From Candidatus Micrarchaeota archaeon (GTDB taxonomy: Archaea; Micrarchaeota; Micrarchaeia; Anstonellales; Bilamarchaeaceae): a stretch of 64,000 bases of DNA. Position 1 is the first letter of the stretch, and each line of letters begins with the position of its first letter. Location: positions 1 to 64,000 of the forward strand of contig JBBSVN010000005.1 of NCBI GenBank assembly GCA_038046765.1, written 5' to 3'. The notes under the pieces were generated by a model. The model worked only from the letters and a program-made list of their open reading frames with translations, was not told where the DNA came from and ran no database searches. The position numbers and the translations under genes were made by a program. This document shows, in pieces, positions 10,848 to 21,822 of the stretch.

Positions 10848-11942
10848 TTAAACTATGCCTGCACTTCCTTTCAAAACAAAAAATATCGCAATACTTTCGT
10901 TTAATTCTGCCAAATCGTCCAGTTTGAATTCTAAAGTTTCTCCTGCGATTTCTATTTTTGGCACCTCCTCAATAAACTTCACTTTAAGAGTTTTTTGGCT
11001 CTTAACTAGCACATCTTTCATCGGGTCAAATTTTTCAATATCTGCTAGTTGCACTGTTTTTGCAATAAAACCCGTACTTCCATGAATAGAATTTGGAACC
11101 CGGATAAGTTTACTTAAATCATAGCTTACTGCTGCATCCGCATCTACTGTATATAATGGCAATTTATCTGCTACAACTTTTAGTTTTGCAATTATATCTT
11201 TCACGCTGGATTTACTCCAGTTTCCTTCTTCAATGCCGCGTATGAAATTGTTTTTTTCTTCCTCATTTTTTAAGAATTTACGGTCAATTTCTAAGGGCGC
11301 GTTATTTAATTTTTCAATTACTGCTCTTGCAAACCTCCCTCTATATCCGCTTTGCGTAGGTTTAGGGCCAAGTATTTTCTCTCCTCCTTTTTTCTTTTCC
11401 AAATCCAAGAATTTGGTATAATCTAATCCAGTTCCCTTTACATAATCTAATATCTCGCGTTTCTGTTCGCCTCTTAAATCAAATAAATCCTTGTTTCTAA
11501 CATGGATGTGGTATCCCCTATTTCCTGAAAATACGAACTTTATTTCTTCCCGTTTTATTCCAAAATCAGAAATGACAAAGTCTTCCATTAGCCTTATTGT
11601 ATCCTGTTTTATTCCATCTAATTTTCCATACACTTCGTATTTGCCTTCTGCATGCAAATCTAGGTCAAAAACTAAGTCTCCACCCTGCCAGTTTTTCCTT
11701 TCTATTGGTGTCGCTTCTGGAAAAAGATATTGCGAAACAGAATGCGATACGTAAAATGGCGTGTTCTGGGCCAGATAAGATTTGAATTGCTGATTTGACC
11801 TGAAGCTTAAGTGGCGAATATCTATTTTCTTATTTATCCCGATTCCAAATTCTCGGTTTTCAATGTTGGGTATATCTATTGGTGCTGTTTCATAGTATTT
11901 TGAAAAGAATGATAAAATTAACGATCGCTCTTGTGCATTCAT
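10848..11942 (-). CDS. priS: DNA primase small (catalytic) subunit
   Basis: REFG, DLVFDLD, FSGNRGYHIH, LIRVPNSIHG motifs. Confidence 0.95.
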   Translation of the reverse strand: MNAQERSLILSFFSKYYETAPIDIPNIENREFGIGINKKIDIRHLSFRSNQQFKSYLAQNTPFYVSHSVSQYLFPEATPIERKNWQGGDLVFDLDLHAEGKYEVYGKLDGIKQDTIRLMEDFVISDFGIKREEIKFVFSGNRGYHIHVRNKDLFDLRGEQKREILDYVKGTGLDYTKFLDLEKKKGGEKILGPKPTQSGYRGRFARAVIEKLNNAPLEIDRKFLKNEEEKNNFIRGIEEGNWSKSSVKDIIAKLKVVADKLPLYTVDADAAVSYDLSKLIRVPNSIHGSTGFIAKTVQLADIEKFDPMKDVLVKSQKTLKVKFIEEVPKIEIAGETLEFKLDDLAELNESIAIFFVLKGSAGIV

Positions 11943-12922
11943 TACCGTCCACCGCTTTCTTTTACCTTATCTTTATCTTCTTTTCTTAACTTATGCCAGT
12001 TCATCGGGTTTCCTATTTTACAGTTTGCACAGCAAAGCCCATAACTCATTACGCTTGCACAGCTTGGCGTAACATATTGCTTACTTTTTGCATGTTCAAG
12101 CTGATACCGAGTAATTTTTTCATTGTAATCTGGCAAGTTCGAATAAATACTAACCATCTGTTCCATATTTGTTTTAAGGCTAATTAAATAAACTGCTAAG
12201 TACCATCTAGCCTGGTGACCAAGGTTCTCGTGTTTTTTAACTGATTCTAGTAGCTTTTCAATACATGGCGGGTTATCTAAATCTTCTAATTTTACATTGA
12301 ATTCTGGTTGCACCATTTTTGGCAAACTTTCCTTTATTCTTTCGCTTGCGTTTTTTATCGTATCATTAGAATCTTTTACAAATGGTATTTTTTCTACGTG
12401 TTTTTTTACAGCTTCTTCAATTAATCGGTTAAGTTCGTTCTTTTTGTCTGTTATTTCTACGCTTACAAAACCGTCAAAAACATCTCTGTTAATTAATCGG
12501 TACGGATTATCTGCTTTAGGCGCAAATTTCAAAAAAGTCGCTAGTGGTACCACAATTTTATTTCCTATTTTAGAACTTGCAATCCCAAATTCATTGCCTA
12601 ATTTTTCTACTTCTGCTTCGTTTTCTGATCCAAGGTAAGCGTTTGTTTTTTTAGCCTCAGCAATTGCGTATCTGTTTGTTAAATACGTATTTTTCATAAA
12701 GCCTAAGATCATTCTTGAAGCTGCGTAGCTTGAAATTTCCTCTATTTTTTGAGAAAAATGTATTGCGCTGCTTTTAGGTATCGCGCCTGTTGAAAGGGCA
12801 GTTTTTATTCTGTCTATCGCTAATTCGATTATCTGTTCGCTAATCTCTACGTTGTTTTTTATAAGAAGTTCTTTAGCGATACGTGTAAACGGGTATTTTA
12901 CTGCGAAATCTATTTCTTCCAT
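11942..12922 (-). CDS. priL: DNA primase large subunit
   Basis: KYPF, PPC, HQAR, YQLEH, C-terminal Cys cluster; coupled to priS. Confidence 0.93.
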   Translation of the reverse strand: MEEIDFAVKYPFTRIAKELLIKNNVEISEQIIELAIDRIKTALSTGAIPKSSAIHFSQKIEEISSYAASRMILGFMKNTYLTNRYAIAEAKKTNAYLGSENEAEVEKLGNEFGIASSKIGNKIVVPLATFLKFAPKADNPYRLINRDVFDGFVSVEITDKKNELNRLIEEAVKKHVEKIPFVKDSNDTIKNASERIKESLPKMVQPEFNVKLEDLDNPPCIEKLLESVKKHENLGHQARWYLAVYLISLKTNMEQMVSIYSNLPDYNEKITRYQLEHAKSKQYVTPSCASVMSYGLCCANCKIGNPMNWHKLRKEDKDKVKESGGR

Positions 12923-12940
12923 AGTGATATAATTAGAAAG

Positions 12941-13525
12941 CTAGGTTTTTTCTAGCTTTGTGAACTCAAGAACTTCGATATAATAAACTGGTGGGTTGAT
13001 TGTCCAGTTTTCCATCTTAAAAATGCCCCTTATAAAATACGTGCCTTCTGCAGGTGAACAGTTCGATAAATTATATTTTGTTTCGATAAATTCTCCATTC
13101 ACATATCTGTTGATTTCTCTTGTGCTACAGTTAGGTAGCAAATTATTGTTGCGTAGTTCGATTGTTTGATTTCCTTCTTTAAGTACGGGTATTGCCCCGC
13201 AACCGTTACAAGGAATTTCTCCTGTAAAATTCTGCGGTGCTAAACACGCCATGAGCGTGCAAATAGTTGGTTGATATTTTAATTCGCCTCGAACAAGTAC
13301 TTCTTTGTTTAGAAAAACTAATTTTGAATCTAATAATTCGCTTACATTATACGTTTGGTTTTCAATAATTCGTGGGTTGCCTGCAAGACATTTTTCAGGT
13401 GTTATGCTACAGTTAGGATAAACGTTTTGATTGCCCTGAGTGCATCCGAAAATAAAAACCGTAATTGCTATCGCTAAAACGAAAATTAAGTTCTTTGAAT
13501 TCCTTAGAGTAAACATCTTTGTCAT
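12941..13525 (-). CDS. Cys-rich secreted lipoprotein-like hypothetical protein
   Basis: Signal with IFGC lipobox; CTLMAC...CNGC. Confidence 0.6.
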   Translation of the reverse strand: MTKMFTLRNSKNLIFVLAIAITVFIFGCTQGNQNVYPNCSITPEKCLAGNPRIIENQTYNVSELLDSKLVFLNKEVLVRGELKYQPTICTLMACLAPQNFTGEIPCNGCGAIPVLKEGNQTIELRNNNLLPNCSTREINRYVNGEFIETKYNLSNCSPAEGTYFIRGIFKMENWTINPPVYYIEVLEFTKLEKT

Positions 13526-13689
13526 AACTAAAACTACATTCGAACTTGCTTTAAAAAGAAATGATTTTGTTAGGTCGGAAGCTAAACAGGAGTAATTTTC
13601 TGGAAGATTATTTTTTCATAACCCAACTTAAAACTATGAATTTATACAAAATAGATATATTTATATAACTTTTCGGTATATTTATACTT

Positions 13690-13962
13690 ATGAAAACACA
13701 ACAACAAATCCAGATAATGCATTCTCCAACCCTAAATACAGTAATTATGATCGAAAAAGTTTTGCAGGAAGCAAAGCAAATCGTAAAAGTTGCAGAGATT
13801 AAAAGAAGATTGCCAAAACAGGTAATGCATAACACTCTTTTGCAAGTTCTAGATTATTTGCAAGAAAGTGGAAAAGTTCTAATTACGACTAAAGGTATCC
13901 TTTGGATTTACAGAACATCAACAGAACTTGAGAAGTTAAAAGAAGGGGGACTAGAACTATGA
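13690..13962 (+). CDS. Small winged-helix protein, putative antitoxin
   Basis: PTLNTVIMIEKVL...LDYLQESGK; overlaps the downstream RelE-like gene. Confidence 0.6.
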   Translation: MKTQQQIQIMHSPTLNTVIMIEKVLQEAKQIVKVAEIKRRLPKQVMHNTLLQVLDYLQESGKVLITTKGILWIYRTSTELEKLKEGGLEL

Positions 13963-14324
13963 ACAGCAAAAGATCAGTTCGAGTTATTCTTAAAGATCAA
14001 GCACGTTTAGAGTTTGAAGAACTTAATATAATGGTTGGCGAACAACAAAATAAAGGGGAAACTAATTCAGAAGAGATGCAGCTTCTAAAATCAATACAAC
14101 AGAAAGTTGAAATGCTTAAACTTAATCCAATGTATGGGGATAGCATACCCAAGCAACAAATTCCGCGTGATTTGGATGTCTCAAATCTATTTAGAGTTGG
14201 GCTTACGAATTACTGGAGAATGATTTATTCACTTGAGGGTAATCAAGTTGAAGTTATTGCGTTTATTTTGTATATCATTGATCATCCCACTTATGATAAA
14301 ATGTTTGGATATAAAAAACGCTAA
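13959..14324 (+). CDS. RelE/ParE-like toxin
   Basis: NPMYGDSI...NLFRVGL..YWRMIY...DH..YDK pattern; 4-bp overlap with the upstream gene. Confidence 0.65.
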   Translation: MNSKRSVRVILKDQARLEFEELNIMVGEQQNKGETNSEEMQLLKSIQQKVEMLKLNPMYGDSIPKQQIPRDLDVSNLFRVGLTNYWRMIYSLEGNQVEVIAFILYIIDHPTYDKMFGYKKR

Positions 14325-14352
14325 ATAATTTTTTATAAATTTCAAAACCGTA

Positions 14353-15345
14353 TCAGTCTTTCGTCTTATCAACAAAAGCCTTAGCAACAATTAAAGGGAA
14401 TATTATTGTAGCATCGCCAAAAACTTTAACGTGCTTGGCTTCTGCTGCAATTTTACCCCAGCTAATCGCTTCATCTGGGTTAGCTCCGGAATCACTTCCG
14501 TCAAATTCCTGGGCATTATTTATATAAACTGCGTATTCAGCTCCGTTTCTAAACATATTCGCGTTACAAATATGGTGCTTAACCATACCGCTTCCTAAGA
14601 TTATCATGCCTGTTTTTTTAGAAGTTATTGCAAGGTCGTTTATTTTTTTAATGTCATCAGCAATGTCTACTTTAAATTCAGGGTGTTTATACTTGAAAAA
14701 GTAAATCATGTCTCCCATAGAGCCATCAGTAAATGCAGGACAAAAAACAGGAATGTTGTTTTTATGACACCAGTAATAAATGCTTTCTTTGTTGTTTATC
14801 TTTTCTCCTAGTTTGTTTATTATGTCACTTACGCTGTTGACATTTGATTTTTTATTTATTTCTTCTAAAAATGGTAAAAAAAACTTCTCGAACTCAACAT
14901 ATCTTTCATTAGGAACAAAAATATTTCCTGTTCGGTTAATTCCTCTTTCTCTTAAAGCAGCGCCATCAGCGTTAAAATCTCCTAGCATAAATGGTTCAAT
15001 GCATTTAATTAGGTCTTCTTCGACTCCTCCGGCGGTAGTAACAACTACATCGACCATCTTATTTTCAACTAGATACCTAAAAACATCACGAAGACCGGAA
15101 GTAACCATGTTAGATGTATAACCTAGAAAAATCGTGCACTTCTCCTTTCGCATTTTCTTGATTATTTCAATTGCCTTACCTAAATTCGTTGCCTGAAAGC
15201 CCGTTGTGCTAAAGCTATCTAAAAGTTTATCATAATCTAAGCCTTCACTAAAGTCGTATCCTTTAATCGCGACATAATTCTTAGGGTTATCTGAATCCCG
15301 AAGTATGTTTGCTTTCGCTGTTTTTAGTTTTTCAGATTCTTTCAT
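14353..15345 (-). CDS. dys: Deoxyhypusine synthase
   Basis: GFQATNLG, GYTSN, TTAGGVEED, DGSDSGA.PDEAISWGK. Confidence 0.96.
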   Translation of the reverse strand: MKESEKLKTAKANILRDSDNPKNYVAIKGYDFSEGLDYDKLLDSFSTTGFQATNLGKAIEIIKKMRKEKCTIFLGYTSNMVTSGLRDVFRYLVENKMVDVVVTTAGGVEEDLIKCIEPFMLGDFNADGAALRERGINRTGNIFVPNERYVEFEKFFLPFLEEINKKSNVNSVSDIINKLGEKINNKESIYYWCHKNNIPVFCPAFTDGSMGDMIYFFKYKHPEFKVDIADDIKKINDLAITSKKTGMIILGSGMVKHHICNANMFRNGAEYAVYINNAQEFDGSDSGANPDEAISWGKIAAEAKHVKVFGDATIIFPLIVAKAFVDKTKD

Positions 15346-15357
15346 GAAAATAACACC

Positions 15358-16116
15358 TTATTCCTTCTTTAATTTAAAATACGCTTCTGCAAGTTTGTTC
15401 GCCAAATCGCTAGCGCAAAAATTAAACCCAACTTGTTTCGATAAAAGTTCTCCGGCATAACCAACTACTTGCGCTCCAGCTGAAGCAGATTCAAAACTTG
15501 CATTTTTACACGCAAGTGCTGCGACAAAACCTGCTAGTACATCGCCCGTACCCCCCTTTGTCATGCCTTGATTATGTATGTAGTTAATTCCCATTTCTTT
15601 ACCATCGCTTATGATGTCTCCACTAGGATCTTTTTTAAGAATCGTTAAATCATATTTGGCTGCCATTGCATGCACATTCTCCTGTGTTCCAGGAACGTTA
15701 AATAAATTCCTAAACTCCGCTTCGTGAGGGGTTATGATTGCATTTTTTGGAATTTTACTTCCAAATCTTTTTAGCCCATCGCCATCAATAACGAGCCTTT
15801 CGCATCCTTTAAGTAAATTTATGTCAAATTCGGATTTTCCAAGTCCGATTCCAAATAAAGTACAATCAACTTTTTTTATGATCTCTAAATCAGTTACAAC
15901 AATTACTTCTGGAATGTGCTTAATCGCGCGAACGAGTAATTCATCGCTTTCACCAGGATAAAAATAAAGTAAATCTACAAAACGTCTTGCGGCAAGCAGG
16001 CTAAATATAGGTGCGCCATGGTAATCTTCGCTTCCTCCAATTATTAATAGTTTTCCGTTTTCGCCCTTATGTGAATTTGCAGGTGCAACATATAGCGATT
16101 TAATGATATCTTGCAT
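15358..16116 (-). CDS. nnrD: ADP-dependent NAD(P)H-hydrate dehydratase (YjeF C-terminal)
   Basis: SHKGENG, GGS..YHGAP, VIDGD, ITPH..EF, GGTGDVLAG. Confidence 0.9.
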   Translation of the reverse strand: MQDIIKSLYVAPANSHKGENGKLLIIGGSEDYHGAPIFSLLAARRFVDLLYFYPGESDELLVRAIKHIPEVIVVTDLEIIKKVDCTLFGIGLGKSEFDINLLKGCERLVIDGDGLKRFGSKIPKNAIITPHEAEFRNLFNVPGTQENVHAMAAKYDLTILKKDPSGDIISDGKEMGINYIHNQGMTKGGTGDVLAGFVAALACKNASFESASAGAQVVGYAGELLSKQVGFNFCASDLANKLAEAYFKLKKE

Positions 16117-16992
16117 GGTTATCTATCTATGGCTGGAATTAAAAGTTTTGTGTTACGCAGTTCTTCATCCTTTTTTTATGGTTTATGTTTTACAATCCTA
16201 TTCTTTTTGCTAGGAAATGCCGTTATAACTGCACAAAAGCCTCTTTTACAGGATATTTTTTATAATCAAATTCCAAAAACGTTCTTAGGTAGTGCTGCAG
16301 TTACCAAATTAATTGATAATCAAGTTTCATCTTCATTAAACGATGCGCAGCTTGAAACATTATTATCTTCATTGCCTTTGCTTTGTTCCACAAATAACCC
16401 TCCTGAGGATTTAGTATTACTTTGTCAAGATTATAATAGTGGAAAAATAAACTCTGCCCAGGATATAAAATTATTCTTTAGACGCCTCACACTAAATAAC
16501 TCCGCAGATATGCTAAAAACCCAATTTCGTACAATCTTTAATCAATTTGATTCTATTCTTCAAATCGATTCTAGGTTGCAGTTTGTCCTATTTTTAACTG
16601 CAATCGGGTGTCTTTTATTCGGCTTTATTTTAGGTTTTCTTATTTCAAATAACTTAAATCAAACATCTTACTTGGGGTTTAATACTCTATTTTGGTCTAG
16701 CTTAAGCAACTTATTTTTCTTTTCCATAATTTATCTTTTTGGGGTTAATTTGCTAAATCTATTTTCACCGTTTATCATTAATTTTTTATCCTCTAGTTTA
16801 CCAAGTACCTCAGTCCCAATAATTCAAGAAATTCTTCCTCAAGTATTCTTTTTGTTTCTGCCGTGGTTGCAAACTATATCTCTAAATCTCTTGTACTATT
16901 TTGCGCCAGTAACTATCCTGGGGTTAGCTGGCAAAGTGTACTTCGGAGCTAAAAAAGATGACCCTAGTAAGGCCGAACCAAAAGAAAGTTGA
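16111..16992 (+). CDS. Hypothetical membrane protein
   Basis: About 4 predicted TM segments; no recognised motif. Confidence 0.6.
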   Translation: MHGYLSMAGIKSFVLRSSSSFFYGLCFTILFFLLGNAVITAQKPLLQDIFYNQIPKTFLGSAAVTKLIDNQVSSSLNDAQLETLLSSLPLLCSTNNPPEDLVLLCQDYNSGKINSAQDIKLFFRRLTLNNSADMLKTQFRTIFNQFDSILQIDSRLQFVLFLTAIGCLLFGFILGFLISNNLNQTSYLGFNTLFWSSLSNLFFFSIIYLFGVNLLNLFSPFIINFLSSSLPSTSVPIIQEILPQVFFLFLPWLQTISLNLLYYFAPVTILGLAGKVYFGAKKDDPSKAEPKES

Positions 16993-17033
16993 AAAAAGCA
17001 ACATTTAAATACTGTTTTTAACACAATAAAAAT

Positions 17034-18584
17034 ATGCACTCACTTAAAAAACACTTAATTGGATCAGCATTTGCCATCATTTCACTATGCTCGTCAGTTC
17101 CTTATCTACAAAGAGCAAATCCTTCCACTCCAGAGCGACCAAGAACAATGCTAACTCAAAAGGAATTAATTGAAGATTTAAGGCACAAAAGCTTCGAAGA
17201 AATAGACAAAATTCTATTCGATCAAATGGATGCAAAAGGTAAAATTCTTAGTGTTCTAGGTAGTCTAAGAACCAATGGTAACTATCTTGGAATAACAAAA
17301 CACGGCATGGATAAAAAAGGGCTCTTTAATCTTTATACTTTTAAATCCTGGCAAGGTACACCTCATTTAATAAAAGCTCAGGATCTACAAGTATTTCTAC
17401 CGATTATGGAACAAATAACTGGGACAACAATAAAAAATCCGAATATAATTTTTAAGAGCGAACCATGTGAGGATGACAATCTTGGCTGCAGAACTAATAA
17501 AGATGTCCAGTTAAAATCTGAATTAAGGTATGCAATACCCACGCTCCTAAGTACGTTTGCTCATGAATTTAACCATGAAACCTCTATAAATAGACGTAAC
17601 TATAACTTTGATTATTTTGGCCGTGCGTTATCTCAGGTTGAATCTAACATGGCCGCAGTATTATTTGGTAAAAAAATTGCTTATGATTATGGCGAACCTT
17701 TTCTAGGACAAAAAATCATGGAAGCAGGCGCAGATTTTCTATTTTATTCCCCGCAAGGAGATAAACTTTTTGACTTTGACGTGGTTACAAACTCATTTAG
17801 ATTAATGATGGCAAAGACTCAAGCCCAAGGCGATGACGGTCAAGAAAAAATGATCGATATAATCTTTACTCTACTTCTTCATAAATTTTCTTATGACCTA
17901 GACGCAGCTTATAACTATGTTCGAAATAATTCCGATATGACTATTTATGGCCTTCTTGTCGAAAACTATAACGATGTTGCAAGCATGCACTCTCTTCTTA
18001 TAGATACACAAAGAACTTTCCTAAAAAATTTGGAAGATTCAATTCATTGCGATGCGATATCTCCTCCGATGATTTACTGTCAAGAAGACCTAAATAAATT
18101 TTCTGGGCTTTCTAAGGAACAAATTGGGAAAAAAATGAATAATGAAATCGATCGTATAGTACGGGGGATAGAATGGATCCTAACTAGCTATAGATCAGAA
18201 GAGGAAGGCCAAAAGCATAGCTTTGTTGGTGGAATCTATGCAAGAGGGGATCAGATTGATCTTGATCTTCAAATTCATCCAAAGCTAACCGAAGAAATCA
18301 AAAGACGCATTGATGAAGCGGATCCTAGGGTATCTGTTGCTGGGTGTCATATTAATCCCATAACCGAGACTATAAATTACACTATTAGTTTTAAAATCAA
18401 AATACCAAAAAAAGAATTAACTAAACCAAGAAAATTCTATAAAAAAACCAGATATTTCCTTGATAATGGGGATGAAATTCGATTAGGCGGGGCAATAGCT
18501 TCACTAGACAAATACCTAAATAATTTATGGGGAATTGCAAGAATTTATGGAGCTGCACACAATAAAGCAAAATGGTCTGATTAA
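17034..18584 (+). CDS. Hypothetical exported protein with zincin-like HExxH motif
   Basis: N-terminal hydrophobic segment; FAHEFNH followed by downstream E; TATA-like TTTAAATA upstream. Confidence 0.5.
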   Translation: MHSLKKHLIGSAFAIISLCSSVPYLQRANPSTPERPRTMLTQKELIEDLRHKSFEEIDKILFDQMDAKGKILSVLGSLRTNGNYLGITKHGMDKKGLFNLYTFKSWQGTPHLIKAQDLQVFLPIMEQITGTTIKNPNIIFKSEPCEDDNLGCRTNKDVQLKSELRYAIPTLLSTFAHEFNHETSINRRNYNFDYFGRALSQVESNMAAVLFGKKIAYDYGEPFLGQKIMEAGADFLFYSPQGDKLFDFDVVTNSFRLMMAKTQAQGDDGQEKMIDIIFTLLLHKFSYDLDAAYNYVRNNSDMTIYGLLVENYNDVASMHSLLIDTQRTFLKNLEDSIHCDAISPPMIYCQEDLNKFSGLSKEQIGKKMNNEIDRIVRGIEWILTSYRSEEEGQKHSFVGGIYARGDQIDLDLQIHPKLTEEIKRRIDEADPRVSVAGCHINPITETINYTISFKIKIPKKELTKPRKFYKKTRYFLDNGDEIRLGGAIASLDKYLNNLWGIARIYGAAHNKAKWSD

Positions 18585-19387
18585 AAATATTTCCTAATTT
18601 TTTCATTCAAACTAGTTGCTTCTTCTAATGCGGCTTTTGCTGGTTTTAATCCTGCTCGTTTTTCATAAGCAAATGCAATTGAAGAAGACGCGTTTATTCT
18701 GTGGATTGCAGGGTTAGTTTTTATTGCCTTAAGTGTGGCGTCTAAATCTCCGCCCTGCGAGCCGATTCCCGGAATTAAAAGAGGGGTCTGATTTTTAGTC
18801 ATTTTTGCAATGTCTGCGATTGCGTCGCTTGTTGCTCCAACAACTAATCCTGTTTTCCAAACGATCGATTTTTGTGCTACAAGTTCATATAATTTCTTAC
18901 TGCCTATTTGTTGTTCTTGAAAATCTTTTGCTCCTTCATTGCTTGTCCTGCATAAAACATAAGCTAGTTTATCCTCTCTTACAAATGGGGCGACCGAATC
19001 AGTTCCCATATATGGTGAAACAGTAACTGCATGCGCACCAAAGAAATCGTACGCTTCTTTCGCATAAGCTAAACCTGTTTTTCCAATATCTCCTCTCTTA
19101 GCGTCAAGGATTACAAATGTTTGATTCTTGTACCTGCTAATTACTGATTTTAATGCCATGATCCCTTCAAATCCGTATTGCGCAAAGAAAGCATAGTTTG
19201 GTTTTATTGCAGAAATTTGGCCTTCTTTAATAAGTAAGTCTGTTATTTCAAAATAATAATTTGTAATTCGCTGCCCGATTTCTCCTTCGGTTCCTTTTAG
19301 TTTTTCAAAACTAGGGTCAATTCCAAAGCAAAGGTTCGTTTTAGCTGATTCTGCCAAGTTTTTTAGCATTTGTTTTGATTTTTCCAT
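18581..19387 (-). CDS. pyrF: Orotidine-5'-phosphate decarboxylase
   Basis: GIDP, KPN.AFF, DAKRGDIG.T, RTSN, PGIGSQGG. Confidence 0.95.
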   Translation of the reverse strand: MEKSKQMLKNLAESAKTNLCFGIDPSFEKLKGTEGEIGQRITNYYFEITDLLIKEGQISAIKPNYAFFAQYGFEGIMALKSVISRYKNQTFVILDAKRGDIGKTGLAYAKEAYDFFGAHAVTVSPYMGTDSVAPFVREDKLAYVLCRTSNEGAKDFQEQQIGSKKLYELVAQKSIVWKTGLVVGATSDAIADIAKMTKNQTPLLIPGIGSQGGDLDATLKAIKTNPAIHRINASSSIAFAYEKRAGLKPAKAALEEATSLNEKIRKYF

Positions 19388-19440
19388 AAATTAAACTTAT
19401 TCCAAATTCTTTAATTACCTTTGTATTTACTATTTATAGT

Positions 19441-21822
19441 ATGTCTAATCTTGAAACTTATATTTCTAAAGCAAAAGAAAATCTTTTTTCTATAAACATT
19501 ATTCTGCTGTTGCTTATTTTATTTCTTATAAAAGGCTTTTACTTTGAAGTAGGTGCATTTCTCTTACTGCTTTTACCCTACTTTTTACTTACATATAAGT
19601 GGGATTTAGGCATAATCGAGAGAGCGTTGCTTAGTTTACCATTAGCTGGTTTATCATTTTTACTATTGTACTTACTTTCCGTATGGGGTCTTGCGCTTCC
19701 GCAGTATCTGGTTGTTGGCATTGTTTTTGTACTGCCTCTTATTATTTCATTTATATTCTATAAGAAAAAAATTATTGATGATTTAAGTTCTAAATTTAAT
19801 GGTGGTTTTCCATCTGTTCTTTCAAATCAGACACTTTTTTGCGTACTACTAATTATACTAGTGACTACTCTAGCATATCAGGGATTACTTAATGAAACGT
19901 CAATACCAAGAACCGATGCTATGGAGTATCTAGCTAAGATTTCCTTTGTAGAAAAGTCTTTGCGTTTTGATGATCAAATTTTTTCCTGGTATGACAAACA
20001 GCAATTAGGTTATCCTATCTTTACTTTTGATCCCCTGTTATCTTTTATTTTTTGCGGAGTTTTAGCATTTCTTAGCGGGGCTAGCCTGATTAAAATCTTC
20101 AACATTATCTTCCTGTTTTTTATGATATTTCTTACGCTTGGTGTTTTTCTTTTAGCTCGTTCTATATTCAAAAACGACCTTTTAGCATTGCTTTGTGCAA
20201 TAATATTTATTGCAACTCCTTCAATTACACTTAATGCGCTTTATGTTGGAAACTACAAGTTATTTGCAGCATACGCGGCAATGCCCCTGGCACTGCATTT
20301 TATCTATAAAATTCTTTCAAGAGATGAGCAAGCTAAGCAAATTCTGGGATTACTTTTTGCATATATATTTCTGTCTCACTCCAGCGTATTTATACCATTA
20401 ATTATACTTGCAACTTTGGCTGTTTTTATATACCACTTCTTTAAAGAAGGACTTATTATTTTTATCTCTTTTATAGAAACTCTTCACGCACTAATTAAGC
20501 CTATAGGAATATTCCTTTTATTTACCTTATTTTTCATTCTTCCTATATTCATTTATGGCCCCTACATATCAAAATCATTCCAGCAGCCAGAAGTTCAAAG
20601 CATTCCTGATTTAGCTAAAACAATATACTCTGTCATAATTGCCCCTCTATTTACAGAGCCTCTATTAAACGAACAAAAAGGTTCGCTATCTGTGGGCGTT
20701 TTGTATGGTGTTTTTGTAATCTTATCTTTTATTGTGCTTGCTTTTGACTATAAAAAGAATAATCAAAACATAGTACATGGAATTACAATTGCATTTGTAA
20801 TTTGTTGGATTGTCATATTTTTACTTTCCAATTACGTAAGCATCGTAGCAAAGACACTTGTTGGCTTTGACAGAATGGCTCCGTTTTTCGCACTGTTTTA
20901 TTGCGTACTAATTACATACTTGTTTTATCGGGCTTACAATCTAACAGCAGCTAATCCGATTGCAGGATATGTAATAATTATTTTAGCCATTGCTTTTGTA
21001 AGCAACTACATTATAATTACAAATCAAAAATCTTTTCTTTATGTTAATGAAGATTCATTGTATACACAGGTTTATGAGTACGGGAATTTTACATCTAAAG
21101 TTTTTGGTTCCCTACCTGGAAGACAAACAACCTACGGCCTATTTTCTCCATCTTTACAGCCTATGTTTACTATAGCAAATAATATATCTACAAATGGTTT
21201 AGGTTTTGTCCAGGGTCAGCACACAGACATTTATCTAAGTAGAATGACTGATGTAAAAAATTCATGGGGTGTACCAAATCAGACATCTGCTAAGGAAATT
21301 TTTAAACTGTTCAAACTTACTGATGTTAGAAATATCTATGTTGATACTTGTACTGCTGGAGGTCAAACATTTGTTAAAAAATTCCAAAATTGTGATGAGT
21401 GCAAATTTACCAAAATTGATGATATCTCAGATTGCTATATACTTGCTTTCCTAGATGGTTCTTTCGCAGAAGGTTTCAGTACCATCCCAACAGAAAACAA
21501 TTATGGCACTATTGCTTCAGCGAACGTTGCTACAAACAGGGTAAATCCACAGCAGATAAACATTCTGGCTCCAAGTTCAAAGTACATCTTAGTAAAAGAA
21601 GAATATTTCCCTAATTGGCATGCTTATCAGAATGGTATTGGGGAAGTGAAAATCCAGGAATCGGACATAGGGCTTATGATTGTTGAGAATGTTAATGGGA
21701 AAAATATCCAGATGAAGTATGAACTTGCGCTTTGGGAAAAACTGCTATTTCTGATTAGTATTGGAGGATTAAGCCTTGTGGTGTTTCACCCAAGCTTCAA
21801 TTTTATTAAATCAAGTACGTAG
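19441..21822 (+). CDS. Large GT-C/YfhO-like membrane protein
   Basis: More than 13 TMs, W...QQLGYPIF motif, C-terminal EEYFPNWHAY. Confidence 0.6.
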   Translation: MSNLETYISKAKENLFSINIILLLLILFLIKGFYFEVGAFLLLLLPYFLLTYKWDLGIIERALLSLPLAGLSFLLLYLLSVWGLALPQYLVVGIVFVLPLIISFIFYKKKIIDDLSSKFNGGFPSVLSNQTLFCVLLIILVTTLAYQGLLNETSIPRTDAMEYLAKISFVEKSLRFDDQIFSWYDKQQLGYPIFTFDPLLSFIFCGVLAFLSGASLIKIFNIIFLFFMIFLTLGVFLLARSIFKNDLLALLCAIIFIATPSITLNALYVGNYKLFAAYAAMPLALHFIYKILSRDEQAKQILGLLFAYIFLSHSSVFIPLIILATLAVFIYHFFKEGLIIFISFIETLHALIKPIGIFLLFTLFFILPIFIYGPYISKSFQQPEVQSIPDLAKTIYSVIIAPLFTEPLLNEQKGSLSVGVLYGVFVILSFIVLAFDYKKNNQNIVHGITIAFVICWIVIFLLSNYVSIVAKTLVGFDRMAPFFALFYCVLITYLFYRAYNLTAANPIAGYVIIILAIAFVSNYIIITNQKSFLYVNEDSLYTQVYEYGNFTSKVFGSLPGRQTTYGLFSPSLQPMFTIANNISTNGLGFVQGQHTDIYLSRMTDVKNSWGVPNQTSAKEIFKLFKLTDVRNIYVDTCTAGGQTFVKKFQNCDECKFTKIDDISDCYILAFLDGSFAEGFSTIPTENNYGTIASANVATNRVNPQQINILAPSSKYILVKEEYFPNWHAYQNGIGEVKIQESDIGLMIVENVNGKNIQMKYELALWEKLLFLISIGGLSLVVFHPSFNFIKSST